DNA of 64,000 bases from a virus: positions 32,001 through 96,000 of IMG/VR virus record IMGVR_UViG_3300018875_000003. One strand, written 5' to 3'. The translations under genes were made by a program, and so were the position numbers. Positions 57,370-64,000 of this stretch are shown here, piece after piece. Numbering within the stretch: position 1 is the first letter of the stretch; each line of letters opens with the position of its first letter. The notes under the pieces were generated by a model, which did no database searches, was not told where the DNA came from, and saw only the letters and a program-made list of their open reading frames with translations.

Positions 57370-57975
57370 ATGCTTAATACTTTGACCAAACAATCACGCA
57401 CATCTGATACTGTTGCGCGCTGGGTAGCCAGCTCCGTCATGAATGGCGGAGCTTTAGGTGGGGATGACTACCGCCAAAGCCTAGCGCTTTCTTTTGCCAA
57501 TAATCCCGCATTCAGCGGCATGGTAAAAAACCTGATGGGTGACGTGCTCTGCGATAAAATGTCGAATATGTTGGATGAGTTTGACCGCCCTTCGCTGGAC
57601 GAGTCGTATTACCGTATAGCAATGGTCAAAGGGAAGCTTGTACATGTTGAGGCAGACTATGAATTTTGCTGCAGAATTGGAGTAACTTCCTATCAATTTC
57701 TGGGCAAAGAGCTTTCAGAGGAATTTATGCCTGAAAAGTACGTGGACAATGCGCGGGAGTGCTATTCTCGCGCATGGAATGGTGAGACTGTGGATTTCAT
57801 CAGCAGTGGACTTACGGGAGAGTCTTACCGAGCCAAATTAAAGCCCGTCTACGACGATGACGGCATTCTACGATTTGTGGAAGTCATTTGTCGCTTTACG
57901 AACTCGATCGAGATCGATCAGAGTGTTCGGGATGAAATTGGGGAGTTTCAACCCACTCAATATGTATTAATGTAA
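57370..57975 (+). CDS. PAS-like domain protein
   Basis: F.GK.L.E..P..Y.RAW.GE..L.PVYDDDG. Confidence 0.55.
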   Translation: MLNTLTKQSRTSDTVARWVASSVMNGGALGGDDYRQSLALSFANNPAFSGMVKNLMGDVLCDKMSNMLDEFDRPSLDESYYRIAMVKGKLVHVEADYEFCCRIGVTSYQFLGKELSEEFMPEKYVDNARECYSRAWNGETVDFISSGLTGESYRAKLKPVYDDDGILRFVEVICRFTNSIEIDQSVRDEIGEFQPTQYVLM

Positions 57976-57996
57976 TTCCGCGAGGAGTGACTGTAT

Positions 57997-58464
57997 GTGG
58001 CTGTAATCGACATTCTGCTTATGGAAGATTTGATGTACTGGAATGAATTAACCTCAAATTACGAACATGAAACAAAGAATTTAAAAGTTCCAAAAGAAAA
58101 TTCAACAGTCACATTATTGGACTTCAATATGCGACTGGATGAGCTCTATACTCGCGCTGCGTATGATTATGGCCGAATACGCAGAATGAAAGATATCATG
58201 GACGGCCTGCTTGAGAGTGTTCTGAAGGATCTATACTCGGGTGCTAATGATGCAGCGAGACGCGCTGGCGGCATCCAACATGCCCGGAGGTTTCCTGTTG
58301 AGGGATATCCTTTTGAGGCTGTCAATCTGTATGAACTGCAAGCCAATATCTTAAACCTGTATTACTCAATGCAAGCAACAATCAAAGCCATCGAAGGAAA
58401 GCTTGGTGCGAAAATCACCAGCAATGCCTTACTCAAGATTGAATACGAGTCGTTGTCAAAGTAG
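57997..58464 (+). CDS. Hypothetical helical protein
   Basis: 155 aa; GAGGAG RBS. Confidence 0.65.
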   Translation: MAVIDILLMEDLMYWNELTSNYEHETKNLKVPKENSTVTLLDFNMRLDELYTRAAYDYGRIRRMKDIMDGLLESVLKDLYSGANDAARRAGGIQHARRFPVEGYPFEAVNLYELQANILNLYYSMQATIKAIEGKLGAKITSNALLKIEYESLSK

Positions 58465-58523
58465 ACAGAGAAAGCGGTCTGGTTCTCCAGGCCGCTATTT
58501 CATATATATTGGAGGGATCAATC

Positions 58524-59072
58524 ATGTCCGAATGCGAGCATGCTGACAACTGCGCCAACCTGGGGAAGTCCTGCCGAAAGTGTTTCGGATACAATATGTT
58601 CCGCCCCAAGAAAGAACAGCGCCGCCTGGGTCAACAATCCGGGGCCAAAAAGAGCAAGAAGGAAGGCATGGCGTTTGAGGAGCGTGGAACCAAGAAATAC
58701 AACCAGGCGGTTTCTCAGGCAAAGGATGTAGCCAAGCGGCAGATCGCATCAGGAGCCTTATATTACGCGCTGGGCGATATGATTACAGAAGAAGCCCTCA
58801 CTGCAGCCCTTGCGGAATATAAGGAGCGCGGCACGTTAAGCTCGACCGGTGCCAAGCAAATTACGATTAAGAAGGAATGGCTGGATAAGCTGGAGGAGGA
58901 GGCAAAACTCATGAATCGTGAGTTTTACTTTCTCCCCTTCACCTTCAAAGATCAGGATCAAGATTATGTCGTGATGAATTACGATCGGATGCTTGCCTAT
59001 GTGCAGATCATCCAGGTACTTCAAGAACAGGTTCAGTATTACCGCAGCAAACTCGAAGACCAAGCCGACTGA
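58524..59072 (+). CDS. PD-(D/E)XK nuclease, Holliday-resolvase-like
   Basis: G.AFE..R..ASGA..GD..AEYK..ITIKKEWL. Confidence 0.6.
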   Translation: MSECEHADNCANLGKSCRKCFGYNMFRPKKEQRRLGQQSGAKKSKKEGMAFEERGTKKYNQAVSQAKDVAKRQIASGALYYALGDMITEEALTAALAEYKERGTLSSTGAKQITIKKEWLDKLEEEAKLMNREFYFLPFTFKDQDQDYVVMNYDRMLAYVQIIQVLQEQVQYYRSKLEDQAD

Positions 59073-59093
59073 CGCCGGCAAGGGCTTTACGAA
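59064..59093 (+). promoter_or_regulatory. Hairpin-GGCT element copy 7
   Basis: gccgacTGACgccggc-aag-GGCT-ttaCGAa, just before an RBS. Confidence 0.5.
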
Positions 59094-59111
59094 AACGAAA
59101 GGGTGATTGGT

Positions 59112-59837
59112 ATGACAAACTTGCTTAATATGGCTCATATGGTTGAGCATGAAGATATGATGCTTGAGCTGGACGCCATGCTGGAAGAGTACAAGGAGAA
59201 TGGCGGTGTTGTCCGAGAGTTTAACGATCTGGACATTCGTCGTATGGTTATTCGCCGTAAGTATCTGACGCAAGAAAGAGACAGCCTCAAGGAAATGAAA
59301 GATGCCGTTGTCGATCAGTGGAATCAACGCATCAAAAGCAAAGATAATCAGATTGAGCAGATCAATGAGATCATTTACAACTATGCTCTTCAGCGCGGCG
59401 GCAGCGTCGTTTTGGATGTTGCTACAGTCAGCACGCGGACCAATAAACATAAAGTGGAGATCACCGACCTGGATGCACTGACTACTCTGATTGAGACTCG
59501 GGAAGACAAGGATAAATTCCTCAAGAAACCCGAGTACGACCAAACAGCAATCAAAGCGTACTTTACTGGTTTATTGGATACTTCGATTGAAGGTATCGAG
59601 CTTAAACGCAAGGCTGAGCTGGACGCACTGGACGCGAAGTATAACGAAGAAGTAAAGGAAATCAAAAAGCCGGCTGATAAGAAGATCATCCAGGTGAAGT
59701 ATGCGGAGCTCAAGAAAGAGGTCCATAAGGAAAAGGATGCGCTTATCGAGAAAACAATCGAAGAGTTCAAACAATGGATTCCAGACTGCGTATCGTATGT
59801 TCCTTCCAGCAAATCCTTGTCTATTCGCATGAACTGA
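59112..59837 (+). CDS. Gam/Gp157-like coiled-coil protein
   Basis: Long coiled coil, then ATVSTR..VEITD..FLK..DQTAIK. Confidence 0.5.
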   Translation: MTNLLNMAHMVEHEDMMLELDAMLEEYKENGGVVREFNDLDIRRMVIRRKYLTQERDSLKEMKDAVVDQWNQRIKSKDNQIEQINEIIYNYALQRGGSVVLDVATVSTRTNKHKVEITDLDALTTLIETREDKDKFLKKPEYDQTAIKAYFTGLLDTSIEGIELKRKAELDALDAKYNEEVKEIKKPADKKIIQVKYAELKKEVHKEKDALIEKTIEEFKQWIPDCVSYVPSSKSLSIRMN

Positions 59838-59841
59838 ATAT

Positions 59842-59873
59842 AAAGGCGCTACGATCGATGTAGCGCCTTTTTT
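59842..59873 (+). terminator. Intrinsic terminator
   Basis: aaaggcgctac-gatcgat-gtagcgccttt + T tract. Confidence 0.75.
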
Positions 59874-60030
59874 GTTCGAATTAAGATATAGGAAACTGTA
59901 TGAATGCAACGCCGTACAGTTTCCAATGTAATAATTCTTATTGCTCAAAAATACTTTGGATTCTGCTTGTTTTTCCCTATGTTATAGTTTATATTAAATG
60001 TAACGCATTACAATGTGAGAAGGTGTCCTT

Positions 60031-60855
60031 ATGAAAATGAACGACGAGCTGCATCCAGATCGCGATCAAATGCGTTTTATTGGCGTGACCAAAGATGCGA
60101 CAACAGCAGGGCCAGGAAAGCGCCTGGAACTGTTTTTGAAAGGTTGTATTCGTGGCATAGTAAATCCATGCGAAGGCTGCTTCAATCCCTCTACGTGGGA
60201 ATTTGGAGGTCTACGCCGGGATATGCACATCCAAGAGACAGCCGATATGATTATCCGAGATGCGTGGAATCTTCAAGTTACATTTTGCGGCGGTGAGCCG
60301 TTGCTTCAAACGCGCAATCTTATTCGATTATGTAAAGAGTTGAAACGCCATAACAAGCGATTCCATATCGTGGTTTATACAGCCTATACGCTTGAGAATC
60401 TGCTGAATAACGGGATTACTTATCGCATTCGTAAAGGCGATGACGAAGCCGTAAGGGAGACGCTGCTCGCCTATAGCGAAAGCTGGGACGAGAACAAAGA
60501 GCGCTTTACTATTGCCACTCCGGCACAAATCCGACAGCTGCTGGAAGTCATCGATATTCTGGTCGATGGCGACTATCAGTCGAAATACCGGATTCCGACC
60601 GAGAAATATATGAATGACGGTATGTTTATTGGTTCGAGCAACCAACGTGTATTCGATACGCAAAAGACACTTTCTAAAGAACCGGCATTTGTTTACCTGC
60701 ATGCTGACGAGTGGATGGATGAACATTCACGCCTGAAGCATTGTAAGTGCTGCGGTCATGCTTTGCAGATTCAAACGAACACCTATTGCGACGACCTCTG
60801 TAAAAAACTGTATCGCAAGCGAGATAAAGAGATGGCTCTGTTAGGTGGTGTCTGA
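60031..60855 (+). CDS. NrdG-like radical SAM activase
   Basis: GPG.R..LF.KGC..CEGCFNP..W, TFCGGEP, DILVDG.Y, GSSNQR. Confidence 0.8.
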   Translation: MKMNDELHPDRDQMRFIGVTKDATTAGPGKRLELFLKGCIRGIVNPCEGCFNPSTWEFGGLRRDMHIQETADMIIRDAWNLQVTFCGGEPLLQTRNLIRLCKELKRHNKRFHIVVYTAYTLENLLNNGITYRIRKGDDEAVRETLLAYSESWDENKERFTIATPAQIRQLLEVIDILVDGDYQSKYRIPTEKYMNDGMFIGSSNQRVFDTQKTLSKEPAFVYLHADEWMDEHSRLKHCKCCGHALQIQTNTYCDDLCKKLYRKRDKEMALLGGV

Positions 60856-62090
60856 TGGACGACTTTGATTTCGATGACTTGGCAGATGTCGTGCCATATG
60901 AAGATGATGCACCTGTGATTGATCTGACGCCTGCTCTTGAAGCGGCCGCTGCTGCCGAGATGTCCAGACGCGATCCAAACAATACCTTTCTGGCGCTGCG
61001 GTCTATTGCGCTGAATCCGCCTGAACTGGGAGCTGAGCTGCCTGATCTTTTCCGTCAGCCCATGCCAGACCTTATACAAAGCTTTTCTGCTGCTCTTGAT
61101 GATTTCAACGACATTTATCTGCAGCAGCGCATTACGCCTTATGAGCATACGCAAAACGTACTTGCTCACCGACATTACAAAGAATTATTGGAGGTTCTTC
61201 ACATGCCAATCCCTAACCCGAACAAACCTGGTGAAATGGATTACGTGGATTATTCTATCGTCCACAAGACGGTCATGAATCCAGATCACATTTATTCTTT
61301 TGAGAATATGTCCACACAAAAGGTCGATTTTTCCCTGGCTATTCTGCCGGATGACGATCGCCACATTTACTTCGTGTCGAAGTTGCCGGAGGAAATCAAA
61401 ACACCGGTTGAGCGAGATGTGTTCGAGAAGTTAATGTCGGACATCGTTCATGCCGACGCAAACAAGAATTTGCGCATCGAGCAGACACCCCTATTCAGAG
61501 AAATGACCGGACGATCCATTTCCGAATACATTCTTCAGCAGAAACAACAAGGTCGCTTGTTCCTGAAAACCGGAATCCATGATTACGACAAAGGGCTGGG
61601 CCTGATCCGAGATACTTTATCCGGAGAAGAAGTTGGCGTATTCGAATCCATGCAGATCATTGTCGAGAAGAATCGTGATTCTAATTATTACTATATCCAC
61701 GATGTCACGATGTCGATCGGCAATGAAAGCACCATTCTGGATAATATCGATCGGTATGTGTTCGTCTTTTACAACACCGATGATAACATCGCCTATTCTC
61801 TGACCAATGTTAAGGCTGCCGCACCTGAATCTTCCGTTCTGGCTTCCTTCTCCTTGCGTCTGGAGCCGACCAAGGTATCCATTCAGAAGGATATGGATAT
61901 GACGCAATCGGATATGATCAAGGAGGCATCCAGCTCCCGTGAGAAGCTGAAGAACCTGACTGCCGATGATGTGTTCTATCCGGAGTACAAAGAGAAGTTC
62001 GTTTCCGACCGAAGTGCTATTCTTCGTTCCAGTCAGAAGCGCGCGGAGCAAAACAAACTGGAAGACCTATTTACTGATATCGAATTTTAA
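60855..62090 (+). CDS. Hypothetical protein
   Basis: 411 aa; coupled to upstream stop. Confidence 0.7.
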   Translation: MDDFDFDDLADVVPYEDDAPVIDLTPALEAAAAAEMSRRDPNNTFLALRSIALNPPELGAELPDLFRQPMPDLIQSFSAALDDFNDIYLQQRITPYEHTQNVLAHRHYKELLEVLHMPIPNPNKPGEMDYVDYSIVHKTVMNPDHIYSFENMSTQKVDFSLAILPDDDRHIYFVSKLPEEIKTPVERDVFEKLMSDIVHADANKNLRIEQTPLFREMTGRSISEYILQQKQQGRLFLKTGIHDYDKGLGLIRDTLSGEEVGVFESMQIIVEKNRDSNYYYIHDVTMSIGNESTILDNIDRYVFVFYNTDDNIAYSLTNVKAAAPESSVLASFSLRLEPTKVSIQKDMDMTQSDMIKEASSSREKLKNLTADDVFYPEYKEKFVSDRSAILRSSQKRAEQNKLEDLFTDIEF

Positions 62091-62116
62091 TTTAACCGTC
62101 TTGAGGAGGACTATAC

Positions 62117-63760
62117 ATGTCAACTGCTATTCAACAATCATCTGTGGACGAACTTTCTGTGCTGCTTAATTCGCGGCACAGAGCCATTCTGGTTAAAACT
62201 TACGAGGAATCCCGCTTTATCGAAAACTTGAAACACATCGCCCAGGAGAAGGGCTACCAAAACGTATACTTCTGGTCTGTCACTTCGGGGCTGGTGGATG
62301 CCATCACCGGCAAAACAAGAGAGAAAGCGGACAATCCGATTCAGCTTTTCGATGCAATCGCCAAAGACGACAAGCAGAACATGTATGTCATCCGCGACTT
62401 CCACGATGTCTGGCCAAATGCGCAGGCGAAGCGTAAAATGCGTGACTGGCTGGAAACGCCAAGCAATGTATACAAACCTATCATCCTGACTGCACCGGAA
62501 GCATCCATTCCACTGGAGCTGGAAAAACTGATCTCCGTGATCAACTTTGACCTGCCGGATCGTGACCGTGTAACATCACTGCTCGAAGCCAGCTTGAAGA
62601 TGCTTCAGAAACAAGAACTGCCTGTTCCCAAAGGGCGCGAATATGATGCGATCGTGCATGCACTGGTGGGAATGACGCAAAACGAAATCACCAACATCCT
62701 GCGCAAATCGATTTCCAAACACAAAGCTATCGTGTTGTCGGAGATCGTGGCTGAGAAAGAACAAGTTATCCGTAAAACCGGTCTGCTGGAGTATATCACC
62801 AAGCTCGGCAACATGGATAATGTCGGCGCAATGGATCGATTTAAAGAATGGGCGGACGATGCGTATTATGCGTTTCATCCCGAAGCCCGTAACTATAATG
62901 TCGATCCGGTTCGTGGCGTGGTTATGGCGGGTGTACCGGGTACCGGTAAATCTCTGACAGCGAAATCCATCGCTCATCAGTGGAACCTTCCGCTTCTGAA
63001 GATGAATATGTCCGACATCATGGACTCCAAAGTCGGCCAATCCGAGAAGAATATCTCTCGTGCATTGAAGCTTGCTGAACAGGTGTCTCCGTGTGTTCTC
63101 TGGATGGACGAGTTCGAGAAGGGTCTTTCTGGTATGTCCAGCTCTGATAAGTCGGACTCTGGTACCCTCTCCCGCGTGGTTCAGGAAATCCTGACGTGGC
63201 TGTCTGAGAAAGAGAAGCCCGTATTCGTTATTGCCACAGCGAACGATATCACCAAGCTGCCGCCCGAACTGACTCGCGCCGGTCGTTTCGATGAAATCAT
63301 GTTCGTCAGTTTGCCGCACACGCAGGAACGCGCGGAGATCCTGGGCATTCACCTAAAGAAGCGCGGATACAAAATCATTGAAGGCGAGTCGGAGGAACTG
63401 GATACATTTAATCAGATCGACCTTCAAGACCTGGCTTCCAAGATGGAAGAGTTCACCGGTGCTGAAATTGAGCAAGCAGTGTCCGAAGCCGGCCGACGTG
63501 CTTATGCTGCTTTCCGCAAGGCACAGCGCAAGTCTCACTATATTGCGCTGGCAGACCTTGAGGAGCAGGCTGAGAAGATCGTTCCGATCGCTAAGCGAAA
63601 TCCATCGCTGGTCAATGACCTGCGCGAGTGGGCCAAGCATTCTGCGGTCTGCGTATCCAGTGCAGAGCACAATTATCTGCACAATGGACAGGCGTCTACG
63701 CCGGAATCGTCTAAAGCAAGCCCGCTTCGCATCCTTGGTGATGAGATCGAATTTAGCTGA
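62117..63760 (+). CDS. AAA+ ATPase (Ycf46-like)
   Basis: [32 protein letters not shown]; N-term YEE.R. Confidence 0.9.
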   Translation: MSTAIQQSSVDELSVLLNSRHRAILVKTYEESRFIENLKHIAQEKGYQNVYFWSVTSGLVDAITGKTREKADNPIQLFDAIAKDDKQNMYVIRDFHDVWPNAQAKRKMRDWLETPSNVYKPIILTAPEASIPLELEKLISVINFDLPDRDRVTSLLEASLKMLQKQELPVPKGREYDAIVHALVGMTQNEITNILRKSISKHKAIVLSEIVAEKEQVIRKTGLLEYITKLGNMDNVGAMDRFKEWADDAYYAFHPEARNYNVDPVRGVVMAGVPGTGKSLTAKSIAHQWNLPLLKMNMSDIMDSKVGQSEKNISRALKLAEQVSPCVLWMDEFEKGLSGMSSSDKSDSGTLSRVVQEILTWLSEKEKPVFVIATANDITKLPPELTRAGRFDEIMFVSLPHTQERAEILGIHLKKRGYKIIEGESEELDTFNQIDLQDLASKMEEFTGAEIEQAVSEAGRRAYAAFRKAQRKSHYIALADLEEQAEKIVPIAKRNPSLVNDLREWAKHSAVCVSSAEHNYLHNGQASTPESSKASPLRILGDEIEFS

Positions 63761-63775
63761 TAAGGAAGTGAATAT

Positions 63776-64000
63776 ATGGCTTACTGTCGTGAAGAAGCCC
63801 GCCGTAAAGCGCTGGAGATGATCCAGCCGCTGCGGCCAGACACACAATCTCAGCTCAGCCGAGCGATTAATTTCGCCTTGGAAGAGCTTCGTGATCTGGA
63901 AAGACAGATGAAAGAGATTAACGAAAAGCTTCAAGATAACGTCATCTATTCTGAATTGAAGCCGCCGTTCATGGAATCCTTCAATGTGTTCGCAGCAAAT
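63776..64000 (+). CDS. Partial hypothetical protein
   Basis: AAGGAAGTGA RBS; open to the window end. Confidence 0.55.
   Translation, partial: MAYCREEARRKALEMIQPLRPDTQSQLSRAINFALEELRDLERQMKEINEKLQDNVIYSELKPPFMESFNVFAAN

Noticed and set aside
1-64000. Impression of GATC/ATCGAT over-representation
   Set aside because: Cannot be counted reliably by eye and may reflect ATC-GAT codon preference

Overview
A 64-kb segment of a large tailed phage, probably a temperate phage-plasmid of a Bacillales host (inferred from strong GGAGG ribosome-binding sites (RBS), SigA-type promoters and a ParMRC partition cassette). Bases 1-23.7 kb are transcribed on the minus strand. They encode virion proteins, major capsid, protease/scaffold, a portal with a fused MuF-like domain, TerL, a TerS candidate, parM-parR with a 10-bp-repeat centromere, and small accessory genes. 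From 23.96 kb all genes are on the plus strand: a YonO/RdRP-like single-subunit RNA polymerase (RNAP; GADNDGD motif), many small early genes, a SNF2 helicase, an E2-Ubl-E1 (ThiF) module, SSB, RecA, UDG-like, NrdG-like and AAA proteins. The most interesting signal is non-coding: (1) seven copies of a hairpin+GGCT..YGA element upstream of RBSs whose template strand forms C-GNA/GNNA-G mini-hairpins, a candidate promoter for the phage RNAP; (2) three self-cleaving ribozymes (two hammerheads, one pistol-like) between early genes; (3) large structured non-coding blocks flanking the RNAP gene; (4) a ~450-nt putative sRNA with multiple anti-Shine-Dalgarno (anti-SD) loops; (5) a dispersed 14-bp operator palindrome and three heptad-repeat arrays. 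Six unrelated small proteins also share an N-terminal MEL[LMI]xxY motif. All calls were made by eye from motifs; no database searches or folding programs were run.
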